Of a DNA stretch of 64,000 bases, positions 1 through 8,673 are shown piece after piece. Made by a program: the position numbers and the translations under genes. The stretch is from an uncultured Veillonellaceae bacterium. GTDB taxonomy: Bacteria; Bacillota; Negativicutes; JARBTT01. Each line of letters opens with the position of its first letter. Positions within the stretch are counted from its first letter, which is position 1. The notes beneath the pieces are model-generated. The model made no database searches, was not told where the DNA came from, and was given only the letters and a program-made list of their open reading frames with translations. Where the stretch lies: contig CAWDTA010000002.1 of the NCBI GenBank assembly GCA_963805085.1, positions 2,074,207 through 2,138,206 on the forward strand, written 5' to 3'.

Positions 1-357
1 TTCAATAATAAGATTTTGAAGTATGCGCTGAAACTTTTAGGTATCGTAAATGTGGAAATGAGGAAACGTAGTGCATTATTTTATCCTAAGACCATTGATA
101 CCGCATACTATCGACTGTTTGAGAATAACAGTCAATACAGACATCCTGCTTCTGGGGAATTAATCGAAGCCTCTCTTGATACGATTTACAACAAGTGTAT
201 TACTGATATAGTATCAAGTTTTTCCAAACTCGACTGTTGCAGGACTCGAAATGAATATATTGAAACCATCCGTAGGTTTTCTGAGGTATCGTTAGAGAGT
301 GGAAAGGAATGTACAAGTCCTTCATTAATGAAATACTTTTCGGATAATTCTAGATAA
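1..357 (+). CDS. Hypothetical protein, 3' part (frame open from window start)
   Basis: Frame 1 has no stop from base 1 to TAG at 355-357; no recognisable motif. Confidence 0.5.
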   Translation, partial: FNNKILKYALKLLGIVNVEMRKRSALFYPKTIDTAYYRLFENNSQYRHPASGELIEASLDTIYNKCITDIVSSFSKLDCCRTRNEYIETIRRFSEVSLESGKECTSPSLMKYFSDNSR

Positions 358-626
358 AATCGGCAAAGTAGGTTTTTAGTTGCTGCCGAAACTTCACTTT
401 CTGGCAATATTCATGGAATGTCGGTAGCGGTGAGCTTAGGCAGTGGTCATGAACGATTGACGGTAATTGGAGGTACCGAAGCCAAGCTAGATCTAGGGGT
501 GTCAAGATTGAAATTCGGGATTTGGCCCCTGGGAGAAGAGTCTACTTTCCGCGATATAAATACTGCTTAAGCTAGCCTATAATATGTAATTTAATGCTAT
601 TTTGTTATTCAGAAAGGAGTAGCATC

Positions 627-1307
627 TTGAAAAAACTATTTATTGCGAGCCTCATTTTAAACTTGCTTATAATACCAACGTGTATAGTAATTTTAGTGAG
701 AAATCATTACCCAAAACAAACTACAACAACGATAATGGAATCAGACAATTATAAATACAGACTTGATATGTTTAACACTTTGCCAATGGAAAAGCAAAGT
801 ATTGTATTTTTAGGTGATAGTCATACAGAGCGTTGCGAGTGGGCAGAACTTTTTCAGAATTCAGATATAATTAACAGAGGAATTGATGGTGACACTACCG
901 AAGGTTTATTCAGTAGAGTCCATAATATAACAATATTAAAGCCTAATAAGATTTTTATTATGATTGGCGTTAATGATATTTTAGCTCATACCCCTTCAGT
1001 AACAACAATAGAAAATTACAGACAAGTGATAGAAGCGATTAGCTGGGAATCGCCTAATACTAAAATATACCTACAAAGCGTACTACCAATATCCGAATCT
1101 ATAAATAAAGAAGCAAACGCTGATATCGTAGCTTTCAATAACGAAATACAAAAATTGGCACAAACTTATAATGTCACATACATTAATCTGTATGATAAAT
1201 TTTATACACGAGACGGACTAAACGAAGCATTAAATTATGATGGACTACACCTAAATGGAAAAGGATATTTATTGTGGCGTGAACTTATAACAAATTATAT
1301 AGAATAA
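627..1307 (+). CDS. SGNH/GDSL-family hydrolase with N-terminal membrane anchor
   Basis: FLGDS, NRGIDGD, IGVND and DGLH blocks; TTG start 627 after AAGGAG; hydrophobic N-terminus. Confidence 0.9.
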   Translation: MKKLFIASLILNLLIIPTCIVILVRNHYPKQTTTTIMESDNYKYRLDMFNTLPMEKQSIVFLGDSHTERCEWAELFQNSDIINRGIDGDTTEGLFSRVHNITILKPNKIFIMIGVNDILAHTPSVTTIENYRQVIEAISWESPNTKIYLQSVLPISESINKEANADIVAFNNEIQKLAQTYNVTYINLYDKFYTRDGLNEALNYDGLHLNGKGYLLWRELITNYIE

Positions 1308-1515
1308 AAAACGGTTTTTTTTATACTTTATAAACACTCGTAGATGTAATTCCTTCGACACGTTATAGATTCTTCTAACAAGTCATTAAACTCGATTGTT
1401 ATATAAGAAAGTTCGATGATAAACACTAATAGGATGGAGCTCTAACTAAATGTTTCTTTTATAATCGATACGGAGAATCGTATATTGAAAAGGGGGGATT
1501 TTCAAGGTCGCGGAT

Positions 1516-1610
1516 CGCCTCCACCAAGTGAATATGAAATATGGAATATTGCTGGAATATATAAAGTGAGCCGTTAAGACTGATAAGGTCTTAACGGATT
1601 TTGACGTTTA
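1516..1610 (+). repeat. Ala-acceptor-like 3' end CGCCTCCACCA plus terminator module (family C, copy 1)
   Basis: cgcctccacca at 1516-1526, then aatattgctggaatat..aaagtgagccgttaagac-loop-gtcttaacgg, which recurs at ~30231 and ~40451. Confidence 0.8.
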
Positions 1611-1640
1611 TAGTACGCTTACATTGGAGGGGTATTTATT

Positions 1641-1748
1641 ATGGTAAAGAGTGTGTTTGATTTGTTGGCTTCTACGATGGAACATGAAAATTCGTTCATA
1701 CATGAACTGTTACAGTTTTTGTATGACCAAATGACGAAAATTTTATAA
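1641..1748 (+). CDS. Small hypothetical protein (35 aa, MVKSVFDLLASTMEHENSF...)
   Basis: GGAGGGG SD 8 nt before ATG; followed by a hairpin terminator. Confidence 0.5.
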   Translation: MVKSVFDLLASTMEHENSFIHELLQFLYDQMTKIL

Positions 1749-1753
1749 TAAGC

Positions 1754-1791
1754 AAAAAATCCAGCTGAACATAGAAGTTAGCTGGATTTTT
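1754..1791 (+). terminator. Intrinsic (probably bidirectional) terminator
   Basis: aaaaatccagct / agctggattttt inverted repeat; similar hairpin at ~52340-52374. Confidence 0.7.
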
Positions 1792-1974
1792 ATTATAATA
1801 CTTACTTTTTTTTGACACAAAATCATCGTTTTCTGACACCATCTTTACGGTAAATCATGTTAATATCAAGGTGAAAATAATTATGAAGGCGATGACGATG
1901 ATGGATTTTAAAAGCTCTTCACAGGCGAGTCATTCGATAGTCTTATTATCAATTTTAAAAGGAAGATGAATGTT

Positions 1975-2094
1975 GTGACAGAGGCCTTACCTCTCTTTAC
2001 ATTTTGTTTAGGATTTTGCATTGGCTTATTGTTGTGGCCAAAACTTATAGGATTTAAAAAAATAACCGCTACTCTCGTCGAAATAAAGTGTTAG
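1975..2094 (+). CDS. Putative type I toxin peptide (39 aa, one TM helix plus basic tail)
   Basis: AAGGAAG SD; MTEALPLFTFCLGFCIGLLLWPKLIGFKKITATLVEIKC; 3' end overlaps the aaaataaccgcta/tagcggttatttt hairpin. Confidence 0.55.
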   Translation: MTEALPLFTFCLGFCIGLLLWPKLIGFKKITATLVEIKC

Positions 2095-2160
2095 CGGTTA
2101 TTTTGATATAAATTTAGCCTAAGCCTTTGTCAGACGACCGTTTCCAGTACGTCTTTTTAT
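2056..2160 (-). ncRNA. Putative antisense antitoxin RNA
   Basis: Convergent sigma-A promoter at 2167-2195; hairpin 2059-2104 with a U-tract on the minus strand overlapping the peptide 3' end. Confidence 0.5.
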
Positions 2161-2166
2161 ATTTTT

Positions 2167-2195
2167 ATCTTATAACAGGCAAAGTATACTGTCAA
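2167..2195 (-). promoter_or_regulatory. Sigma-A promoter on the minus strand
   Basis: TTGACA-17 nt-TAAGAT read on the minus strand. Confidence 0.65.
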
Positions 2196-2270
2196 GAGGA
2201 TTTAGGATTTAGGCTTTAGACAGAGTGACGGTTCTTGTGTCTAAAATAAGGATACAAAAAAATGAATTAT

Positions 2271-2337
2271 TAAACAAATGGAGCATGTAAAATTCAAGAA
2301 TAACCTGAATTTCACATGCTCTATTTGTTTATTTCTG
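2271..2337 (+). repeat. Long palindromic repeat, family P, copy 1
   Basis: taaacaaatggagcatgt..ttcaag aataa cctgaa..acatgctctatttgttt atttctg; similarity to copy 2 continues to ~2372 (tttgtccg..taatcaagtgaa). Confidence 0.9.
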
Positions 2338-2408
2338 ATTTGTCCGTTCTACCAACGAGGTAATCAAGTGAAGAATGACATTTTTCGCGAATGAAAAGGC
2401 TTGAAGTA

Positions 2409-2570
2409 TTAATTATTTTTATGTTTGTTTTTTTTATATGCTAAAAACTAAATTCTAATGCCGTTTGTAGCTTAATCTTGTCCTCGGTATCAAGGTGATA
2501 AATCTCATCATCGAATATAATTTCTGCTTGATCAAGGAACATTGCCAAGTCCGATTCTGAAGATATAAAC
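2409..2570 (-). pseudogene. C-terminal remnant of an XRE/phage-repressor-like protein
   Basis: Minus strand reads SESDLAMFLDQAEIIFDDEIYHLDTEDKIKLQTALEF, then an interrupted Lys-rich tail; resembles Firmicute XRE regulator C-termini from recall; HTH part absent. Confidence 0.4.
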
Positions 2571-2595
2571 AGCTAGCTACCTGAAACGATTCAAG

Positions 2596-4638
2596 TTACT
2601 TGGACGGCGCGCAATCAAATAATTGTCGTGAGCGTAAGGCAAACATTGCAGTAGCAGGCTGCTGAACATCTGTATCTGTCGATGCATCAGTGGGCTGGGG
2701 CTCTTGCCAAAGTTCAGAAGGCACTTCTTTGCCATGAGAAGTAATCCAAGTATTTAATTCTGGCTGTGATTTAGTGAACATGGAAGAAATCAGAACGTAA
2801 CGTACTTTACCCTCGTTTACCATCTGCTCGAAATCCGCAGCAGAAAGAATATGTTCCATGCCCACAAATCCACCGATAGCCATAACAGCTTGGCCCGTAT
2901 CTAGGATAAATTGGGAAGCTTCGTTAGCATTGCTTACTGCTAAAAAAAACTTTTCCCCGTTCTTATTATCCATTAAGAACTTTTCAAGTTTAACTGTATC
3001 GGAATCCCTATTACTACTACTTGACAGCTTAGGCATAGCCATACCCCGGACGTTTTGTTGTACTACTTTGGGATCAAGGTCTGGGCCAGCGTAGGGAAGA
3101 ACCGAACTACCGCCGTAAATGATTGGGGTCAATGCCCAGACTACCTGAGGAATAAAGACTGTAATGACTGCAATCGCCATCGATGTACGCAGCAAAGTAG
3201 GTCGGCGCAGCGCGTATAGCAGCAAACTCAGAGCAATTATACTAGCGAATCCGAGCACTGGAAGTAGCCAGTATCGCCATTCATCAAACTGCCAGACCAT
3301 CGCTGCCTCAACCGCCAGATTTAACGTTAATGCTAACGGTATGAACCAGCGATTACGGCTACTTGGCTGAAATATGTCAAAGAGTTCTTTTAGCCCAATA
3401 CCAACTAAGGCTGCTAACGCTGGAGCCATCATTACAAGATAATATCGGTGATAATCCACTGCAATACTAAAGAAAATTAATTGTGGCAGCAACCATCCCC
3501 CCCAGAGAAGCAGGGAAATCGTCTTAGCTCGCCCATTAGAGGAATAATCAGACCGCCTCTGCATCGCGCCCGTAAAGAAACCGATTAGGCCCAAAGGCAA
3601 AAGCCAGCTGATTTGTCCACCGATTTGACGTTGAAATAACCTTAAGATACCCGGATTTCCAGTCTCAAAAGAGAAAGAGGCCACTCCGTCTCCAATTGAA
3701 CTCGGTCCACCAAAACCGTCAGCTATTGGCATTGGACCTGGTGTCCCCGGACCGCCTGCAGGATTCGATACTGTTGGTCCAGATGCAGTCCCACTTGTAT
3801 TTCCAGATACTGGTGCACGACTTTGTGGTGTAACTCCCGGTATCTGTACACCTTTGCCAAGGAAATGCATAAGACCATTGTAACCGGTTGCCAATTCCAA
3901 TTCAGAATTAGTTTCACTGCTGCCGACATAGGGACGCTGGCTTTCCGGAGTCAGATCAACTAATAGTGACCACGATAAGGCCACCACCACCAGCAGCACC
4001 GTAGCTCCCCCCAGATTCAATAATCTGTATATTACACTGCGTCCTCCAGCTACAAGGTAAACTAGCCATAAGGCTGGCAAAACAAGAAAAGCTTCCAACG
4101 TCTTGATATTATAGGCTAGCCCCAAGATAAACATGGAAAGATAAAGCCATCTGATCTCATTCCGTTCGACCGCGATAATCATGGCCCAGGCAGCGAACAG
4201 TACCGTCATTGTCAGAAGACTATCAATCGTATTATTACGATTGGCCGCTACTGCTATTGGCATCACTGCTAGGGTAAATGCTGCCGACAACCCGGCTTTG
4301 TTTCCCCAATGACGTTTCACAAGATAGTAGATAATCGCCACTGATAGTATCCCGGCCAGACCTTGTGGAAAAATAATACTCCATCCGTAAAAACCGAAAA
4401 AATAGGCGCTGAGGGTCTGTAGCCAAAAGCCCAATGGTGGTTTATCCACGGAAATGAAGCCCCCAGGATCAAAAGAGACAAAAAATAAATTGTGAGTATT
4501 CATCAGCATACTCTTAATACTTGCGGCGTAGTATAAATTGGCAAAGCCCTCTTGATTGATTCGCAAGAAATTCATTAATGCTGCTAATAACAGTATCGAA
4601 ATAAGCCATACTTTATCCTGAGATTCTCTTTTTATCAT
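2596..4638 (-). CDS. GT-C glycosyltransferase family 39 (ArnT/PMT_2, YkcB-like)
   Basis: YYAASIKSM, DKPPLGFW, NTIDSLL and RPYVGSSETNSELEL motifs; many TM helices; GG-rich loop. Confidence 0.9.
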   Translation of the reverse strand: MIKRESQDKVWLISILLLAALMNFLRINQEGFANLYYAASIKSMLMNTHNLFFVSFDPGGFISVDKPPLGFWLQTLSAYFFGFYGWSIIFPQGLAGILSVAIIYYLVKRHWGNKAGLSAAFTLAVMPIAVAANRNNTIDSLLTMTVLFAAWAMIIAVERNEIRWLYLSMFILGLAYNIKTLEAFLVLPALWLVYLVAGGRSVIYRLLNLGGATVLLVVVALSWSLLVDLTPESQRPYVGSSETNSELELATGYNGLMHFLGKGVQIPGVTPQSRAPVSGNTSGTASGPTVSNPAGGPGTPGPMPIADGFGGPSSIGDGVASFSFETGNPGILRLFQRQIGGQISWLLPLGLIGFFTGAMQRRSDYSSNGRAKTISLLLWGGWLLPQLIFFSIAVDYHRYYLVMMAPALAALVGIGLKELFDIFQPSSRNRWFIPLALTLNLAVEAAMVWQFDEWRYWLLPVLGFASIIALSLLLYALRRPTLLRTSMAIAVITVFIPQVVWALTPIIYGGSSVLPYAGPDLDPKVVQQNVRGMAMPKLSSSSNRDSDTVKLEKFLMDNKNGEKFFLAVSNANEASQFILDTGQAVMAIGGFVGMEHILSAADFEQMVNEGKVRYVLISSMFTKSQPELNTWITSHGKEVPSELWQEPQPTDASTDTDVQQPATAMFALRSRQLFDCAPSK

Positions 4639-4757
4639 ATTATTTGCCTCCTTTGTACATATATAGTGTTAGCAAAACCATTTATTTTACCCTAGTGATT
4701 TACAAAAACTTTAGATTAAAAACAAAAAATGTGCATACTAAATGCGTCAATATAAAT

Positions 4758-4800
4758 TAATCTGACCCCAAAAAGTTAGACAAAAATTTATTAAGCAACT
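4758..4800 (-). mobile_element. IS3-family (IS150-like) terminal inverted repeat remnant
   Basis: tctgaccccaaaaagttagaca, with agttgcttaa (VA-stop, orfB-end-like) on the minus strand. Confidence 0.6.
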
Positions 4801-5132
4801 ACTCTTCGGGAGATTCTAACTCTGAAGGTTGCCACTGTGAAGTATGGATTCTTGTCATTGAGAAAGAGTAGATGTAAAGGCTGATTTTTTGATTTGATTA
4901 GTACACATTAGATAAAGTATATTTCTATATTGACTTATTGTTGACAATCCATATGGTCTTTTAATGTATGATTGGTTCCTCGTGGCATTTGCCTATTTCT
5001 TAATGATTTAACAGTTATCCCTTTAACGTTTATGATGGTCTATCAATTCTCTGCATTATGAAAAATTTTTCCTGGAGCGTATAAGCACACCCGAACATAT
5101 AATACATGACTTGAGAGGGGGGATATTGTCAA

Positions 5133-6650
5133 ATGGAAAGATGGATGGAAGAATACCACAATAAGCCACCTGAATGCTATAAGAGATGCATTGACTCTTT
5201 TAATGTTGAACACCGTATATATGAAGAAGTATGTTGCTACCATATGGTTCGCGTCTGTCCTCGCTGCGGCTCCGAACATGAGTATTATCATCGCCGTTGT
5301 CCGCACTGCGGTTTGGAAATATTTGAGTTGATGAAGATGGAACATCATGAAGGATTCATGCCTGGGTGCAAGCATGAGATGATGGAATATAAAAATGAAA
5401 TTGATACACAACTGCTTCCTTCAACAACAAGCCAAAAGGGGGCTTCTGTCAGGGACTTCTTTTTCAAAGATACATCATTTAATTTCGAAACGTTGCGTGC
5501 AGCTGGATTCGCGGTTGACAACGGCGCCGATATCAACGAAGTGTTCTTGACCGTTGCTGCAATCACGGAGGGCGATGAAGAAGCATGGATGCGGGAGTGG
5601 AAAGCCACCGCAGACCGTATGTATGAACGGGGTAAATATTCCTTCGTACATGGAGACAAGATTAGCGCACGGGAGGCACTCTTGCGTGCTTCGGCCTACT
5701 ATCGCAGCGCTGAATTTTACCGTCGCAAGGATCCCCTAAACGATCCGTACGTTCCTGAGCTGTTCGGTCTTTCTCGCGAGGCTTTTGTGAAGGCGGGCAA
5801 ACTGCTGGATGGCCCCTTCGAGGAAATCTCCATACCTTACGGCAAAGGCAAGCTTCCCGGATACCTGCTCCTCGTGGACGACAGCGGCAAGCCCCGGCCG
5901 ACCCTTATCTATACCAATGGATTCGACTCGACGACTGAGGAAGGCTACTACGTTATTGGCGCAGCCGCGTTACGGCGCGGTTTCAACGTGATCATGTATG
6001 ACGGCCCCGGTACGGGTCGCATGATTCGCGAGAGGAATGTGCCCTACCGTCCGGACTGGGAAGCAGTGCTCGGTCCTGTCATGGATTTCGCTGAGACACG
6101 TCCTGAGGTCGATAAGTCCCAAATTGTGCTATTTGGGTATAGTTTGGGCGGATATCTTTGCGCTCGGACAGCGGCCTTTGATCATCGTCCGGCAGCCATC
6201 GTACTTGACGACGGTATGACGAGCTTTTTCGCGACGTATCCTCCGCTTCCGGAATTCCTCGTCGAGTGGATTAAAGCTGGACACGATGAGCAGGCGATAC
6301 CCGTACTTGAATGGATCAAGAAGCACGACACCTACGCCCGCTGGGCGCTGCAGAATGGTGTGTGGGTGTTTGGCACTTCGAACGAACCGGAATATATCCG
6401 TAAGAGCGAGCAGTTTACCCTCACAACTGAAGACATGCACAAGATCAAGTCCCCCGCTTTAATTCTTCAGGGAGAGAACGACCTTGTGTTCAAGGGGCAG
6501 GCAAGCAAGCTTGCGTCCGAACTAAAAGCTCCGCACAAGCATGTCGTGATGTGGAACGCTGATGGTGCAGGCGAGCACTGTCATATGGGCGCAATGCGTC
6601 TGCTTCATCAGACCATCTTCGACTGGCTCCACACGACACTGGGCGCATAG
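5133..6650 (+). CDS. Alpha/beta hydrolase (FrsA/DAP2-like) fused to an N-terminal His/Cys/Met-rich zinc-ribbon domain
   Basis: GYSLGG nucleophile elbow, NGFDS, GAGEHCH; N-terminus carries CPRC and CPHC; SD GAGGGGG. Confidence 0.85.
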   Translation: MERWMEEYHNKPPECYKRCIDSFNVEHRIYEEVCCYHMVRVCPRCGSEHEYYHRRCPHCGLEIFELMKMEHHEGFMPGCKHEMMEYKNEIDTQLLPSTTSQKGASVRDFFFKDTSFNFETLRAAGFAVDNGADINEVFLTVAAITEGDEEAWMREWKATADRMYERGKYSFVHGDKISAREALLRASAYYRSAEFYRRKDPLNDPYVPELFGLSREAFVKAGKLLDGPFEEISIPYGKGKLPGYLLLVDDSGKPRPTLIYTNGFDSTTEEGYYVIGAAALRRGFNVIMYDGPGTGRMIRERNVPYRPDWEAVLGPVMDFAETRPEVDKSQIVLFGYSLGGYLCARTAAFDHRPAAIVLDDGMTSFFATYPPLPEFLVEWIKAGHDEQAIPVLEWIKKHDTYARWALQNGVWVFGTSNEPEYIRKSEQFTLTTEDMHKIKSPALILQGENDLVFKGQASKLASELKAPHKHVVMWNADGAGEHCHMGAMRLLHQTIFDWLHTTLGA

Positions 6651-6765
6651 CACAAGAAATAGATGAAGCTGCATAGAAAAGACAATTTGACGATTCTATT
6701 TGCCTAAAATTACCATAGGTGAATATCTTATAAAAAGGCAACTCATTTAATCTACTTAATTGAGT

Positions 6766-6834
6766 TAAGCAAATAGGGCATGTACAAAATTCAAGAATAA
6801 CTTGAATAGTACATCCTCTATTTGTTTATTTCTG
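6766..6834 (+). repeat. Palindromic repeat, family P, copy 2
   Basis: aaatagggcatgtacaaaattcaag aataa cttgaatagtacatcctctatttgttt atttctg; followed by gatcgccctacaa (degenerate acceptor-like motif). Confidence 0.9.
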
Positions 6835-7047
6835 GTTTGTCCGATCGCCCTACAAAATAATCAAGTGAAACATAAAACAAGGGGAAGATCAAAACTTTAA
6901 TTGGATAAGAGGTCAATTAGCGAGATATCTGATAGCTGATTTTCGGGGATCAGGCTGGGAAATATATCGAGATAGTATCCGCGAAGCCTGTTTGTAGGGT
7001 ATTGATGCTTGTAAAAAAAAGATTTGAAAGTGAAAGCAGACAAGTTC

Positions 7048-7074
7048 ACATATCACATTGGGGATCATAAAATA
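7048..7074 (+). promoter_or_regulatory. Putative sigma-K promoter
   Basis: AC-16 nt-CATAaaaTA. Confidence 0.5.
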
Positions 7075-7115
7075 GATACTGAGTAAAAAATATATTAAAT
7101 GAAGGAATGATATAC

Positions 7116-7724
7116 ATGCCTGAAGTTAATTATGTTCAGAACATATTTTCCAAAATATATGAAAAAAATCTGTGGGGTAATGGCTCAGGATGGGGTTCGC
7201 TAGAGATTAACACAAGAAGCTATCGGGAGTTTTTGCAAAAATTCTTTGCTGAAAACTCCATAAAATCTGTTGTGGATATAGGTTGTGGCGACTGGCAAAT
7301 TGCAAAACTTATGAATTGGGACGGAATTAGTTATTTAGGTATTGATATAGTGGAATCAGTTATTAACGAAAATAAAAAGAGCTTTTCTAACACCAACATT
7401 GAATTTCGATGCTTAGATGTAGTACACGAAGAACAGCTACCGAAGGCAGATTTGATTATCGTAAAAGATGTCATACAGCATTGGCCTAATAAAGAAATTT
7501 TGGAATTTTTACCTAAACTATCTTCTTATAAATACGCATTAATTACAAATTGCGCATTAGGAAATTACATAAATTATGACATAAATTTTGGGTATTTCCG
7601 CCCTCTTGATTTATGTGCACCGCCTTTTAATTGTAATTGTAAGAGAGTATTCTCATTTCCAGACAAGGCTGAGCAAAGTAATTGGCAAAAGGTTGTCTAT
7701 TTGTTTCAATCAGCTAGAAAATAA
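7116..7724 (+). CDS. Class I SAM-dependent methyltransferase
   Basis: VVDIGCGD motif I, GSGWGS, DLIIVKDVIQH. Confidence 0.85.
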   Translation: MPEVNYVQNIFSKIYEKNLWGNGSGWGSLEINTRSYREFLQKFFAENSIKSVVDIGCGDWQIAKLMNWDGISYLGIDIVESVINENKKSFSNTNIEFRCLDVVHEEQLPKADLIIVKDVIQHWPNKEILEFLPKLSSYKYALITNCALGNYINYDINFGYFRPLDLCAPPFNCNCKRVFSFPDKAEQSNWQKVVYLFQSARK

Positions 7725-7803
7725 AAAAGTCCTTGCGTGTGAGAGTAAACTCAAGAGTGCATTACCATTGGAGTTGTAGGATCCCTTGGTAATGCACGCT
7801 TGA

Positions 7804-7855
7804 TGATGAATATAACTGTATGATGCTGATCTATTATCGGCAAGGCTTTTCCGTG
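7804..7855 (+). repeat. Direct repeat, family E, copy 1
   Basis: tgatgaatataactgtatgatgctga..tatcggcaaggcttttccg matches 19476-19540. Confidence 0.7.
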
Positions 7856-7930
7856 AAGTTCGGCTGATTATGGAGACTTTGACTTGGGCACCGACGAGGT
7901 GGTGAATTTTAGATAGTAAAGTATTATAAC

Positions 7931-7959
7931 TTGCATAATGTATATACGAAGTATATACT
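7931..7959 (+). promoter_or_regulatory. mazEF promoter with tandem palindromic operator
   Basis: TTGCAT-17-TATACT overlapping two GTATATAC palindromes (7940-7947, 7951-7958). Confidence 0.7.
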
Positions 7960-7991
7960 ATGGTTATAAAATAATTAGGCAGGTGTTTTCT

Positions 7992-8237
7992 ATGATTATT
8001 AGTCTTTCGAAATGGGGCAACAGTCATGCAATTCGTTTACCGAAAGAACTTATGGAAAAAGCGGAGCTTAGTGCAAATGATAAAATTGTAGTATCTGTTA
8101 ATGGCAAGGAAATTGTGTTAAAGAAATTAGAAGAAAGTCATAGTGCAAAGCTGGTTCAAAGATTTCAAAACTATGATGGTGATTATACGTGTCAAGAGCT
8201 AGAGTCTGGGAGCGACATTGGTAAAGAGGTGTTCTAA
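7992..8237 (+). CDS. mazE: AbrB/MazE-family antitoxin
   Basis: KWGNSHAIRLPK motif; stop overlaps the toxin start (TAATG). Confidence 0.9.
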   Translation: MIISLSKWGNSHAIRLPKELMEKAELSANDKIVVSVNGKEIVLKKLEESHSAKLVQRFQNYDGDYTCQELESGSDIGKEVF

Positions 8238-8572
8238 TGAAGCAGTATCCGCAAACGGGGGATATTATTTGGCTTGATTTTGATCCGCAGAGTGGTGTTG
8301 AGATTAAAAAGATGCGTCCTGCATTGGTTGTATCATGTAATTTCTTTAATGAAAAAATCGGCCTTACTATGGTTTGTCCGATTACTTCTACACAAAAGGT
8401 TTTTCCTTTACATGTAGCATTAGATTCTCGAACAGAGACACATGGCGATATTTTATGTGAACAGTTAAAATCCTTGGATTATCATGCACGTTCATGGGAT
8501 TTTATTGAGCGAGCACCAGATGATATCGTGGACTGTGTGCTTGAAATTATTGGTGACATTATCGGCAGATAA
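8237..8572 (+). CDS. mazF: PemK/MazF-family endoribonuclease toxin
   Basis: GDIIWLDFDPQSGVEIKKMRPALVVS, VCPITS, EQLKSLD. Confidence 0.92.
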   Translation: MKQYPQTGDIIWLDFDPQSGVEIKKMRPALVVSCNFFNEKIGLTMVCPITSTQKVFPLHVALDSRTETHGDILCEQLKSLDYHARSWDFIERAPDDIVDCVLEIIGDIIGR

Positions 8573-8581
8573 ATAGTGATA

Positions 8582-8626
8582 AATAGACTAAGTGGCGCTT
8601 CTCTTTGTCTCAATTTACCTCCACCA
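8582..8626 (+). repeat. Direct repeat, family D, copy 1, ending in TACCTCCACCA
   Basis: aatagactaagtggcgcttctctttgtctcaatttacc matches 10399-10438; runs into an Ala-acceptor-like end at 8616-8626. Confidence 0.85.
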
Positions 8627-8673
8627 TCTAAAATTGGATTTTTTACAATAATAAGATTAGTCAGGGAGAACCT

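Noticed and set aside
421-560. IS end or gene relic around ggggtgtcaagattgaaattcggga
   Set aside because: GC-richer patch, but no partner inverted repeat or recognisable translation
1491-1526. Complete tRNA or tmRNA gene (GGGGGGAT...ATCGCCTCCACCA)
   Set aside because: Only ~35 nt with no D, anticodon or T arm; the possible minihelix pairing may be chance
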